DNA of 64,000 bases from positions 4,898,001-4,962,000 of the forward strand of contig NC_042997.1 in NCBI RefSeq assembly GCF_006345805.1, given 5' to 3'. A program made the translations under genes and the position numbers. Every line of letters starts with the position of its first letter. Position 1 is the first letter of the stretch. Under the pieces are notes generated by a model, which saw only the letters and a program-made list of their open reading frames with translations, had not been told where the DNA came from and made no database searches. The stretch comes from Octopus sinensis. Lineage: Eukaryota. Shown piece after piece: positions 34,838 through 47,846 of the stretch.

Positions 34838-36006
34838 TGCAATGCATGCATCTAAACTATTAACCCAATTTTGCCAATTTGTCAGTAGGTCATTTATGCC
34901 GGCAGCAAAGAATTCTGGAGAGCATGAGGTAATGACATCATTAAAGGCTATTTTTGCATCGTCTTTAGATTTGATGTGCAAAATGTGGTTTAATGCCTGG
35001 GAAAAGGTGTTTGCCAGTTAGTGCAAGGTCTGGTGAATATGGTGGAAGACAGCGTACTTCGAAGTTCACTTCCTGTAAATTGAGTAGAGTTCTTCTTGCA
35101 ACGTGTAGTCGAGCATTAGCTTGACAGGTAATTGGCCTGTCTCTTTTGTCATTATCGGTTGTTTTAATTGCAGGTTTACTCGTCATTTCATTCAGTTAGT
35201 TGTATACATCCATTTTAATTGACTAACCAGGTGTCATGACGTGGTAATGGAGGACACCAGCGCTTGATCACCAATCATACACCATTAGCTTTTTTTCTTT
35301 TAGTGAATATCCCTTTTGGATTGTCTTTTGGCACTTCGTCTCAATCCAGTCACCACGCAGAACGCTTCCTATTGTTGAAAATAATCCATTTTCCATCACA
35401 CGATGCACAAATTGCCTGTTGTATGACGTGACAGCGAAGAACAGGAAGTTTCAAGGTGATGTATCATTTAATGCTCGTTCAGTTCGTGTGGTACCCACGT
35501 GTCCAGCCCCCTTATATTGCTGATTTCTTTCAGATGGTCCAATATATTAGGAATCGGAACACCAAACCTTGCTACTAACTCACGCGTAGTTTGAGATGTA
35601 TCGGTTTCCACTAGTTTCCAGCTCGTCAATATCCATCTTCGTCAAATTTTCAAGAGTAAATTCACCACACCAGAACTTTTCAAATACTCGACGTACAGAA
35701 CGCTCATTTGCCACATCATCACAAAACAGCTCATTGATGCTTCGAGGTGTCTGGGATACATTGATTCCACGATGGAACTCATATTCATAAACAACACGAA
35801 TTTTTGATCTAACCATGTGTTCACAACAATTGACTTAAAAGAAAAAAATTACATTATAATCAGACAGTATGAATTATATTCCGAAAGTGATGGTGTAGTT
35901 CTTCAATTTTGTAAAACAAAGGATTGTCAGTATAAAACATTAGAGTTGATGATTGTCAAAGTTGATGCACAAAAAAATTAGACTTTTCATTCTTAATGAC
36001 CTGATA
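34838..36006 (-). mobile_element. mariner transposon relic (second family)
   Basis: KIRVVYEYEFHRG...ERSVRRVFEKF HTH, NARLHVA, LPPYSPDLA. Probable TIR TATCAGGTCATTAAG at the right end. Confidence 0.85.
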
Positions 36007-36192
36007 ATGCTGGACAACCGAAATCTATATATGTTTTTTCATTATCTTTCCGTTTATTGTTTTCTTATTATTTTCTGTTGAAGAGCGTAGGCTCGAGACA
36101 TAAATACTTCTTCATTTCCATGAGTGTCAAAGTAATGCACTTGTTTGTTGTTCATACACTTGTGTTCGTCTTTCATTTTTCTATAAATTTCA

Positions 36193-36224
<32 letters not shown>

Positions 36225-37409
36225 ACTAAAACATCTGGAAAGGTTGATGATACAAAGGTGTACAGGAAAAACAACAATTACAGGGACAGGAAAAAAGGCA
36301 TGGCTCAATCGTGGTCTACTTTCTTCACTCAAGCTGCCAGTCACCATCACAGAATCAAGAAGATAACTTGAGATTGTTCAATCTGATTTCCATTGAAAAA
36401 AAATTCCAAGCTAAGAGCATTAACATTTTTTGTAAGAAAGCAAGCGAATGTGTACGGCAATAAAGAAAAAAAACGGATAACAAGCTACACAATTACAAAT
36501 GCAAACAACAAGAATATAACAGGTGTCTTTCGACGAAAGATGAATTAGGTTAGCTGGCGTGTATAAAATGAAAGCCATAGGGAGGAATAGGAGATGGAAG
36601 ACAACAGACGTCTTTGCTTGATAGTTATGCCAAGAAAGTTCATGGCTGGCCGAAGGAGGAGAGAGGGTAGGGTGTAGTGAGATTGAAGGAGTTGGAGAAA
36701 AACGGGAAAGAGAAAACAAATCCAAGTGACATAGAAAAAGGTAAAGGGGAGATAAATGAGGAGAAATTTAGGAGTTAAAGAAGGACCTTATATATATATG
36801 TATATATATATATATATATATACTAACAATATAGGATGAAGTCCCTTTCTCTAGAGAAAAGGAATCCATCAGGAAGCGTGGGCAGTATATTTAAAAAAAC
36901 CGTTACGGTTGAACCGGTAACCATTACAATTTGTAGCGGCGAAAGGTCAAGACGTTGTTTCTGAGGCTGACCAAAGAATTTTTGTTTTTAGATATAAGTG
37001 ATGTACTCAAGTGTAGTTATGTTTTTAGCTTGTGCTTTTTCCATGATCATACGTGATCATATTTTATTTATATCCCATCGAAAGCTCTACTGAAGAAAAA
37101 ATATATCTTTTATAAGATTAATTCCGAAATTGATTCAATATAGAGATAACGAAATATAAATTTTCTAAAGGTTAGTTGCCCGTTTTCAGTTTCAATTCTC
37201 CTGTAGCAAGCGGATTATAAGTGGATAAATCAGTGTATTGGCTTTAGAATAACCCTCTTTAGCCCTTAATTATATGATATATATATATATTACTACGATG
37301 ATCCGGTTCTTGACTGAAGACTGAGGGTTTCGAATGTCCTGTCCGTGTTTATTGTATCGTCTTCTAAGAGTTATACGTTCTTGTCCATGTTGTATTTTTC
37401 TACATACCT

Positions 37410-37467
<58 letters not shown>

Positions 37468-37468
37468 C

Positions 37469-37770
37469 AACGCAGGAGTGGATGTGTTGAAGGTAGCGTA
37501 CTTACCAACAGCATGTTTCCGGATCTAGTCCCACTGGGTAGCAATTTCACCAAGTGTCATGTGCTCTAGTCTCGGGCCGACCAAAGCACTGTCAGTGGAT
37601 TTGGTAGATGGAAGCTAAAAGAATTCCGCTGCCGTATGTAAATATATATATATGTATTTATGTGTTCGTGTTTCTGTGTTTGTCTTCACAACGGATGCTA
37701 GTGTGTTTACGTACTGGAAACATAGCGGTTCGGTAAAAGGGCCCGATAGAATAGTTACTTGGCTTAAATG
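37469..37770 (+). mobile_element. tRNA-derived SINE, family 1 (diverged, 3'-truncated)
   Basis: CGCAGGAGTGG head, CTCGGGCCGACCAAAGC and GGATTTGGTAGATGGAAGCT body motifs. Confidence 0.8.
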
Positions 37771-37943
37771 AAATAGAGTAATAAAATTGACAATCTAAAA
37801 CTTTATTTACATTATAATATAATTTAATATAAAATATAATATAACGTAAATTGTTTTTCACATATTTAAGGTTACTGACAGAAAATATATGGATATATAT
37901 ATTATATATAATGGTAGTATATAATAACTTCTCGCATTATATA

Positions 37944-38221
37944 TTGCAACGTGGAAGGTGTTTATAAGCCATTTAGAAGCAGAAAAAAACGATAGATTCG
38001 CTTCAACATTTAAATTTAATTTGCCAAAATATTTTCGTCTCTTTGAAACCGCGACTTGTTCACTGACAAAATTCTGTGCAGCACATAATTTTGTCATTGA
38101 ATCGGTCGCGGGCTCAAAGCGACAAAGATATTTTGGCAAATAAAATTTTAATGTTCAGCCGAATCTATCGGTTTTTGTGTGTTTTTAAATGACTTATAAA
38201 AAAACACCTTCCACGCTGCAA
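37944..38221. mobile_element. Fold-back (fully palindromic) MITE-like element
   Basis: TGCAACGTGGAAGGTG...TGACAAAATT, loop CTGTGCAGCACAT, then AATTTTGTCA...CACCTTCCACGCTGCA. Arms about 130 bp, imperfect. Confidence 0.78.
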
Positions 38222-38587
38222 TTGTTTTGGTTCCAGCACACTAGCAAATTATGGTCCTTATTTGCGTAATTTATCGAAGGGAGGACTCCGTAAACAAAAC
38301 AGATTTACGATAATTATAACCAATACAAATAATATATTATATTTACTCGTATATTATCTTATAATTAAAATAAATTATTAGATTCTCAATTGTTCTCTAT
38401 CAATTTTATTGTTTGTAATACACACACATACACAAACACACATATATATATGCATATACGTATATATGTGTGTGTATATATATGTATATTTACACATATG
38501 TATGCATATATATATATACATATGTATATATATGTAGCTCTGTCTGTTTGCCTGTCTCTCTTTCTCTCTCTGTTTCTCTCTCTATAT

Positions 38588-38967
38588 ATATTTTATTTGT
38601 TCCAGTCATTTGACTGCGGTCATGCTGGAGCACCACCTGTAGTCGAAGAAATCGATCCCTGGACTTAGTCTTTGTAAGCCTAGTACTTATTCTACCGGGC
38701 ACTTTGACGCTAAGTTACGGTGACGTAAACACACCAACATCGGTTGTCCTGAGATGGTGTGGTACTAACAGAGATACACAAACACACACATACACACACA
38801 TTTTATTTATAGATATATACGATGGGTTTCTTTCAGCTTCGTCTACAAAATACACTCACAAGGTTTTGGTGGACCCGAGTATATAGTAGAATACACTTAC
38901 CGAAGGTACCACGCAGTGGTACTTAACCTAGGACCATGTGGTTGGTAAATATGCTACTTACCACAGC
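38588..38967 (-). mobile_element. tRNA-derived SINE, family 1
   Basis: Same head and GGTGCTCCAGCATGACCGCAGTCAAATGACT tail on the minus strand. Confidence 0.85.
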
Positions 38968-39093
38968 ATTTTTCGACATATCGGCAAAAAGGAAAACCAT
39001 AATTGTCAATAAAAGTGAATATGGTGTTAGGAAACGCCCATGTTGCTACAATTAAGGGTTGAACAGTTCCAATGTTGTAGTTTTATATATATA

Positions 39094-39138
<45 letters not shown>

Positions 39139-39225
39139 GTGTGTGTTTGTGTGTTTCTGTCTGTGTATGCTGTGTTTAAATTTGTCCTTTATGCTTTCAT
39201 TCGCTTGGCTTCAACAATCACTTAC

Positions 39226-39426
39226 AAAAATTCGGATCTGGTGTGCTGCGATATTAATTACTTCACAATTTTTGGCGATATCAAATGCAAACATGTCCAA
39301 ATTATTTGTAGACTTAATTGGTTCTGCACAATCAACTGGCAAATTTAGCGGGATCCATTCATTGCCAACTTTCGGGGCCGGATTTGAGTTGAGGATACGA
39401 CTGATACGAACAGCCTTCCCTCCCGA
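39226..39426 (-). CDS. Candidate internal exon of an unidentified gene
   Basis: Acceptor TTCATCCATTAG|, donor |GTAAGT, 201 bp open in phase 0-0: SGGKAVRISRILNSNPAPKVGNEWIPLNLPVDCAEPIKSTNNLDMFAFDIAKNCEVINIAAHQIRIF. No family recognised, no partner exon confirmed. Confidence 0.45.
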
Positions 39427-40544
39427 CTAATGGATGAATTACGATATTGACATGCATTATAAAATATATACGTGAGGATCTACACATCCTACCTAACCTA
39501 AATTCCATTATCTGGGCTTTATATTCACTGAAGCAGGTTTAACAGGGCTTAAATAGTCTGTGAACTAAATCAAATATATTGGTGCATCTCTCTCTACTAT
39601 TTTATACTAGTCTATGAACTGACTCTCTCGTTTGTATTAGTCTGTACTTGGCCTATGATCTGACTCACAGGTTTGTTTCATTCATACGCATATAACGAAG
39701 CATGCATATTCATATACATACATACATGCATTTCAAGATACGCATATGTGCGTGTATATGCTTATCTATTTGTTTGTGCATGCTGTCATATGTGTTGAAA
39801 ATTATATTCGATTAATTTATTAAATTTTTTATTTTGTGTTCTTAAGGTAATTACTACTAAATTTAATTTCGTAACACCTGTGAAATTTCAAAATGCCCTT
39901 GTATTTATCACCTTTGATATATTCCGTAACTTTCATTATCAGTTTTTGTTAATCACCACATTTATTCGTGACACTCTCCAAAATCAGGTGCGTTATTAAT
40001 GCTGAAATTTATGATCGAGATCCTATTAAGGAGAATTTAGTAGATAAGAATGATCATATTAGTTACCAGAAATATCACTATCTCCAACAAAATCTTCACA
40101 GTATTTAGAAATACTATTTTCTTTCGCCCATTCGTTTATATCTTACTCCCCCATATACTTATCATTCTTGGGCATCAGCATAAAGACTATTATTAGTATA
40201 ATATGCATCATATGTAATATTTGATATGCATATATTGCTTTATTTCAATGCTGCGTTTATTTTCTGCAATATATCTACAACGTTATCTTTTTTTTATTTT
40301 TTGTTTTCATTCTAATATTGATTTATCATTTATTCATATAATCTGCTCATGCGATGGTATGAAGGTTTTAAAGAATTCAGTATTTACTTGTTACCTTGTA
40401 AATATATTTCAAAGCACCTTTCCAATATGTATAAGTTATATATCTTTATATATTTTATATATTGTTTATGCTTATAATCGTGAGATAAAGACTGTTTACA
40501 ATAGGCAAACTTAAAAATGCTAAGATGTGAAAATATTGTTTTAA

Positions 40545-42802
40545 CACTTGGAACACGCCAGGCCGGTTTTCTGGCCTGAGTATATAGTATATACATACCC
40601 GCTAGTTCACTATTTAACCAACAAAGTACCGTTTTACATAGCTGTTTAAGCTTCAATTCACGGCCGAACTTTCGGGAGAAGCAGTGGGAATTTTTTACAC
40701 CGAATTGCAGATTCTTTTAGTATTTTTTTTATCTAACTATTTATTTATTTATGCTATAAACAGGAAGTGTAAGAAAGTGACAATCGAACAGCCATTACGA
40801 ATGATAATGTCGGATCCTGATGATGAGAATGGAGAGTCTGATTATGAAAGTAATAGTGATTTTGAAAGCGAAGAGAGTGAAGATGATGTCAAAATTACAA
40901 ATGATAATAAGACAAGTGTAACTGTAGGTGAAAATGAAAATAATAGTGACTCTGTTGATAATCACGGCCCGGTTGGTGATGTTTTAATACCTGTTAGGGG
41001 CCGGGGTCACGGTAGATGTGCTGGTCAAGTTGTGCGACGGGTTTCTCAGTCACTGTCTGATAAAACTCAGTGGACAAGTGACACTAGAGTCTTCACTGAA
41101 AGACAATTCAATCCTAAAGACACCCGGCAAAAATCTATTCCGGATTCAATTAATAATGTGAGCATCCCTGTTGACTTTTTCAATTTATTGTAGGATGATG
41201 GTCTCTGGGAGCTCTTTGTCGATGAAACTAATAGCCAAGTTGACATATCAGAGAAGCAAAAGCTTCAAATTATTATGCAAAATCCTTTAGCTCTAAGGCC
41301 ATGACAATATTAGAGATAAAAGCAATATTTTGCAGTGGAGTAGCGATGGAAAAGCTTATTCACAAGGATCACTATGAGCAATATAGACGAGATAAGGAAC
41401 ATTCTTGATTTTACACCTGGATTTGCACAGGAGATAAATTTTTAGCAATATGGTTTATTGTTACATAGTTTAACTTAACTAGGCAAATCTGACAAGATTT
41501 ACAAATTCATGCCCGTGTTCAATCACTTGTTCGAAAATGGATGTTGCATTACACACAGTGAAGCAATTTGTCACATGACGAAGGAATGACTCCGACAAAA
41601 TATCCCTATCTATAAAACAGCATATGAAAGAAAAACCGATAAAGTGGAGTATCAAAACCTTCCTTATTTGTGATAGTGAGAATGGATATATTTCAAAGGT
41701 AGAAGTATATACAGGTCGTAGAGGGGATGCCGAAACATTTGAAAGCTTTGGTGTGACTGGAAAACTTGTTGTTCGTTTGTGGGACAGTTTCGTGTTCACT
41801 GACAGATTCTACACTAACGTATATTTGTGCGAGTTTTTAAGGGAAAACAGAGGAATCTGCTTAGTAGGCACTGCACTTACAAATCGTGGACATTTTCTAA
41901 CAAACCTCATCAAATCACAAAAATCAAATCTGCCGGGGTAAATTTGAACTGTTATTCAATGAAATTGTAGCAGTAATTTTCTTGGCGCGCAAAAATTCCA
42001 TTTATTTTCTAACATCTACATTTATAATGCACCCTTCAAGTACAAAGGTGAGGTAGTAAGAAGCACAGAAAACTTCCTGTGGTTTGCCCAAAACCTATCC
42101 AAAGTTACAATGCATATATGGATGGCACCGATAAAAATGAACAACTTGCCAAACTACATCGGAGTAGATGTCATTTCAAATAGTCACGTAGTCTAAGTAT
42201 GAACTTTTTTTCATGTTGGCCGCGTATAATACATACGTTATCATGGGACATTATAAGCCGCATAATCCACAGTGCAAAGAGTGTTTACGTTCCATGCGTT
42301 TATTAAAAACTCTGCCATGAACTTGTAGGCAATTATCGCTATCTATTACCGGTTAAAATACGTCCGAACACAAACAAATGCCTACAATATTACAGATCAC
42401 ACGCGGTGGAAAAAAGTCTCCATGCAACATTGAACAATAGGTGTGTAGTGTGCCTAGAAAAACACGACAGGGTTAGACAACATAAGCAAGTGCTACATAG
42501 AAGGGACTTCCCCAAAATTCAAAATCAGTTTACTGGTGCAATTGTTTTAAAGCTTTCTTGTACTTCAGGGTACAACAGTAAAATTGCTGGCGTGACTGGC
42601 ACGCTAAAGTTCAGTTTTTGAGGTAGAATGAGTAAATAAAATAAACAACATTAAATAGGTATTTTATTTCTTTATTTATCATAAATAACAGGAAAAACCT
42701 AGCACATGAATAAAAATAAACCTTAAATGAATTTTTTTGCAAATTTTCAATGGGAAATCTGGGTGGAGGCCATGTCAGGATGGGCTCAAAGGGTTGAAAG
42801 GG
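40545..42802 (+). mobile_element. piggyBac transposon, degenerate, both ends probably present
   Basis: Acidic N-terminus SDPDDENGESDYESNSD, core KPIKWSIK...DSENGYI...YTG and TDRFYTN, C-terminal RCVVCLEKH. Right end AAAGGG|TTAA (42803-42806). Putative left end TTAA|CACTTGGAAC (40541-40544). Confidence 0.85.
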
Positions 42803-43740
42803 TTAATAGTGCTTCTTGAAATGGCTGAAAGATGCGTCGAATTTTACTTCTGTGCAATGATTAATACGTCTATATATAGTCCTCTTTAATATTTATTCTT
42901 TATTTGCCATATGAATTCCCTGGCTCAAACTCGACTTCTTCGAATGCTGATTGATGTGGTAGTAAAAATCAATATCTACCATGGCTCTCAGGGCGTACGA
43001 AGGTTTATATTTAAAGAGCTGACATAAAATAGTATGTTGGTGTATCGGTTATCAATCTAAAAGTTAATAAAATTTACGTTTGTTACATTATTGATTATTC
43101 ATATTAAGTGATAACTTATTGTTTTTGAGCTACGATCGTAATACATAGCTTTTCACAATATTATATTCCATCTATACACTAATTTTTGTGCAACGAATTA
43201 TAACATGTTATTTCTGCAGATGGGTTACAATTCCAAGCAATTAAAAATATCAAACATTTTTCTCACAGATTCTCATTATATAATTACGTTTCGGGTTTAC
43301 TGAGAAATTTGATTCGACCAAGTATGGTTTTGTTTAAATTAAAGCATTTCTCTTAATTAAAACGCTTATCCCTGCTGACCAATGAGCCAACAATGGAGGC
43401 ATCATGCTATCGACCTAAACGTTAAGAATACCAACTAAGTCTCCATGATCAAACATCCAGGCTTTAAAACAGGGTAGCCATTTACACATTTCAAATAAAC
43501 ATATACATTAAATAAAAGAGATGTTCTCAGCATGAACGTCGTTGGTTGATCTATGATTGACTCAGTCTGATCTGAACTAACAGCAACCGTGAATCCCAAA
43601 TTAACGAGAGAACCGTTCTCCCTTATAGTCAAAGCACACTAGAAATTGAAACTGCGCGATTTGTATGTATGAAGGACGTAAGAAAATTTGTCATAGGAAC
43701 ATGACAGTCTTACAGAAAATGAATAACAGAACAACGTGAT

Positions 43741-43833
43741 CTAGTAGTAGTAGTAGTAGTAGTAGTAGAGTAGTAGTAGTAGTAGTAAGTAGTAGTAGTA
43801 GTGGTAGTAGTAGTAGTAGTAGTAGTAGTAGTA

Positions 43834-43868
<35 letters not shown>

Positions 43869-43900
43869 TGATGATGATGACGCCGACGATGGTGATGATG
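43741..43900. repeat. (AGT)n/(GAT)n microsatellite
   Basis: Visible array. Confidence 0.95.
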
Positions 43901-43952
43901 ATGGAGAAGAAAAGGTGGAGGAGGGGATGAGGGGTTTGTTATGAGGGGTTCT

Positions 43953-44046
43953 GTTACGCACTGGGGTCGATATAATCGACTGAATCCGTTTGTCTGTCCT
44001 TGATTGTCCCCTCTGTGTTTAGCCCCTTGTGGGTAGTAAAGAAATA
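43953..44046 (+). mobile_element. SINE family 2, 3' half
   Basis: GTTACGCACTGGGGTCGATATAATCGAC...CCTTGTGGGTAGTAAAGAAATA. Confidence 0.8.
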
Positions 44047-44299
44047 TATATGTACATACATATGCACACACACGTATATATAAGAAGAAAGTGAGGGAGA
44101 AAGATAGTTACATGTACAAAGCACATAACACTGTGCAAACGTTTTTGTGTGCATAATTTGGGATAAGATACGTGGCAGACCATGCCGTTCTTATGTTGGT
44201 CTCAAATCTCGTTTAAGAGTTGTATGTGTGTGTGCGTCCGTGGTGTGTGTTGTTTAAGAATGAATCTCTACCAACTACTTCGCCTACATATCTGTTCAC

Positions 44300-44895
44300 A
44301 CCTGTCAAAACTGTGTATGCCATAAAGTCTACAAATGATACTGCTGCCTCATATCGAGTTTCCTGACTTAATATACTTTCATCTGGGACCTTGGATAACA
44401 GAAGGTCAGATGTTTCTACCACTATTCCATGAAGATCACTCAGACATCGTGGTAACGTCTTAACTAATTGACGGTCCTTGAATCCCAAGCTATTGGAGAA
44501 TATATCCCTCACTCTAAACGTGATAGCAGGAAAATTTGGAACAATACAGCAAAGTCCAGTTCGGTGTCTGATATATATTTCAATACACTAGACCTACTAC
44601 TCGAATCCAGGCAGTAGATCGTAGGGGTTACAGTCTCTCCCTGTAGCTCAGGTGTTCCCTTGATGCAAAATTCTTGGTGTAGCACTGGTGAAATGCATCA
44701 AGTCCTGCTATTAATGTGACACTGTAGGGTGAGCGCAACTGAGAGCAGTTGTCCAGATAGCTGTCGACGAATGCTCTCCATAGAACCTGCATAGTTTGTT
44801 GGTCCCTTGTGAAGGTTCTCAGAATCCATAAGGCTATTCGCCTGCACATTGCCACCATCTTGGTGATATGAACGTAAATCTTTGCGTCGTTGCTC
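44300..44895 (-). mobile_element. CR1/L2-like LINE, old 3' fragment
   Basis: AMCRRIALWILRTFTRDQQTMQVLWRAF and NSLGFKDRQL...LHG...SKVPDE align with the + strand copy at 46916-47759. Confidence 0.8.
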
Positions 44896-45008
44896 GTAGA
44901 ATTCCAAGGAAAAACGCGTCGTGTGTGACACTTGGATCGCCGCTATTTTTGCTTCAAAGTATTGTTGTGACAGCTTTTGAGCACACTGACACACGTGCGT
45001 ACACATAA

Positions 45009-45100
<92 letters not shown>

Positions 45101-45268
45101 CAGAGGGATAGATGCATAGTTTTCTTTGATGTGTTACAGGTAAATCACTGTGTAGAAATATATATATATTACCTCTATATTCATACACATATATATGTAC
45201 ATGTACAGTAATACCTCGTATTGTGAACAACTCTGATCGCGAATAGACCGTGCTTTATATATATGTAT

Positions 45269-45348
<80 letters not shown>

Positions 45349-45349
45349 A

Positions 45350-45880
45350 AAGTCACTTTCGAGTGCTACTCGTAATATGTAACCCAGTACAACCTATTAC
45401 ATGGTCAGGTCTTCGGTGACTAAACTGGCAAACCCACGAAGCTTGCTTTGTGAGGAGGGAGTTTTTGGGACACCCTGCAGGATGACAAACAAAACCCGTC
45501 AAAGGGCTGAGTAACTCTTGAGAGTCAACCGCCATCCAATAAATGTCTTAAGGCTATATCGTGCGTGGGGACATAGAAATAATCGGACTGAATTGCCAAT
45601 CGCGTGGTTAAACCATTGGGAGTGAAGGACTCCCAGTCTTTGTAAGGGCATCCTTCTAAGAGAAAGTAACTCAGGTAACTGGGATAACTACGACATAAAA
45701 GCTGCGGCTCAGTGGTTACCGATGATGTTGACTTGTTCTTCTTTTCGGATTATGGCTGGTGTTGCTTAGTGAGTGGGATTGACTCAGAGCACACTTAAAA
45801 AAAATTTTCTTGCACAGGCATTGCACGATAACAACATTGATTAAGTTCTGTGCAATGGCCATACTCGATAATGAGGGGGC
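45350..45880 (+). mobile_element. Probable LINE 5' UTR and start of APE domain
   Basis: GC-richer block ending in LAQALHDNNID, resembling the start of APE ORFs. Assignment tentative. Confidence 0.35.
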
Positions 45881-45885
45881 AGCCA

Positions 45886-45966
<81 letters not shown>

Positions 45967-46039
45967 AATATGGAGATAAAGCAAGATTTATTCATGATCA
46001 GAGGCGTTCGTAAATCGAGGTACTACTCTATTACATGAA

Positions 46040-47846
46040 TGACAAAGAGAGATAGATAAATGAGCAATTCAAGAGTATTTTCACTCCACCCCTATGGCAT
46101 TTTCAAGTCTGCAATCCAACTGACTTCTTTACCACTGCAGATCTAAAATCAGAGGCAGCGATGATTGATTACATCAATATAAAGGAAGACGATGTAATAA
46201 AGGCTATTGATGAAATGAAAACAAACTCAGCTACTGGCCCCGATGAATTCCCAGCAATCCTTCTAAAAGTATGTTAGAGAGTCCTAGCAAGACCACTGCA
46301 GTTCCTCTTTCAGAGCTTCCTTGCAACTGGCAAACTTCCAAGAAAACTGAAGGAATGTAAAATATGCGCTATTCATAAAGGAGGTAGCAGAGCGGAGGCC
46401 AAGCACTACAGACCTATCTCTCTGACCTCACACATCAGCAAGGCCATGGAGCGAATAGTCAGAAGGAAACTAATCTCCTTCCTTGAAGGAAATGACTTGC
46501 TGCCTGACACCCAACATGGTTTCCGACCAGGAAGAAGCTGCTTAACTCAGCTCCTACAACACTATGTCTGGATGCTGAAACGACTGTTCAACCACTCAAA
46601 TGTGGAAGTCATATATCTCGACTTTGCAAAGGTCTTTGATAAAGTCGATCATGGAATGATATGTCACAAACTGCGTGATCTTGGAATAGTTGGAAAATTG
46701 GGATAATGGCTTCATGACTTTCAGGTGGTAGTAGCCACTAACACGCAAATAGTGAGTGGCGTTCAGCAAGACACTGTTCTGGGACGACTGCTGTTCATAA
46801 TGGCCCTCTCAGACATGCCCTCAGCCACGCAGAGAGCCACGATCACAAGTTATGCATATGATAAAAAAAGTTTCACAGGCAAAACAGAACCCTGAAGACG
46901 CTAAGCACCTGCAATGTGAGCTGGACAAAATATACAATTGGGCTGAAAAGAATGCAGTTCAATGCTGAAAAGTTTCAAGCATTATACTATCAGCATGCAA
47001 AATTAAATGCAATTCCCAATAAATACACTGGACCTGGAGGGATTGCAATCCCAGAGGCACAATCAGTGCGAGACCTGCGTATTTACATGAGTGAGGATGC
47101 AACCTTTCATGTGCATGTTGCCAAATTGGCAATGAAATGTAGACGGCTGACCGGATCGATTCTCAGAACCTTTAGAACAAGTGACCAGGAAACCATGATG
47201 GTCCTCTGGAGGACACTTGTCCTAAGCCACTTTGACTATTGCTTTCAACTATGGTCACTATCCAGTGTCAAGTTAATCACAGAACGTGAGACGATCCAAC
47301 GAAGCTACACGAAGAAGATAGCGTCTGTGCAGCATATAAGCTGTTGGGAAAGACTCAAGAGATTATTATTCTTATTCCTTAGAGCGTATGCGAGAAAGAT
47401 ATGCCATAATATACATCTGGAAAATCCTAGAAGGACTTGTCCCAAACTTTGACATCGAGAGTTACACAAATGCCAGAACTGAACGCCACTGCATAGTGCC
47501 AAGGACTCCAAATTTGCCATCAAGATGTAGGACAAGATACTGTGATAGCCTGGGCTTCCGAGGCCCACAGCTCTTCAATATCCTCCCGAAGAACCTAAGA
47601 GACTTGCATGGAGTGGATGCAGATGTCTTTAAAATGAAACTGGATCTCTTCTTGTCAGGTGTCCCAGATGAACCAACTTCACGGATGGAGATGCAGATGA
47701 GGGCAGCTGCATCGAACTCTCTCATGCACCAGATGGCATTTGCTAAAAAGCATTCGTAAAGTAAAATCAAGTAGCAACACCAAATGGCGGTGCCCCAGCA
47801 TGGCCACAGCTTGTGAGCTGAAACTAAATAAAATAAAAATAAAAAT
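46040..47846 (+). mobile_element. CR1/L2-superfamily LINE, RT to 3' end
   Basis: YRPISLTSHISKAMERIV, QHGFRPGRSCLTQLL, VIYLDFAKVFDKVDH, RERYAIIYIWKILEGLVPN. 3' UTR ends in GGCGGTGCCCCAGCATGGCC...(TAAAA)n. Confidence 0.9.

Noticed and set aside
43221-43322. + strand 102-bp phase 1-1 open segment with CAG acceptor and GTATGG donor
   Set aside because: The peptide (GLQFQAIKNIKHFSHRF...) has no recognisable motif and no partner exon. Could be chance in AT-rich DNA.
43435-43645. Minus-strand ORF with a TTTCTAG acceptor as a partner for the 39.3 kb exon
   Set aside because: No convincing donor and no homology support.
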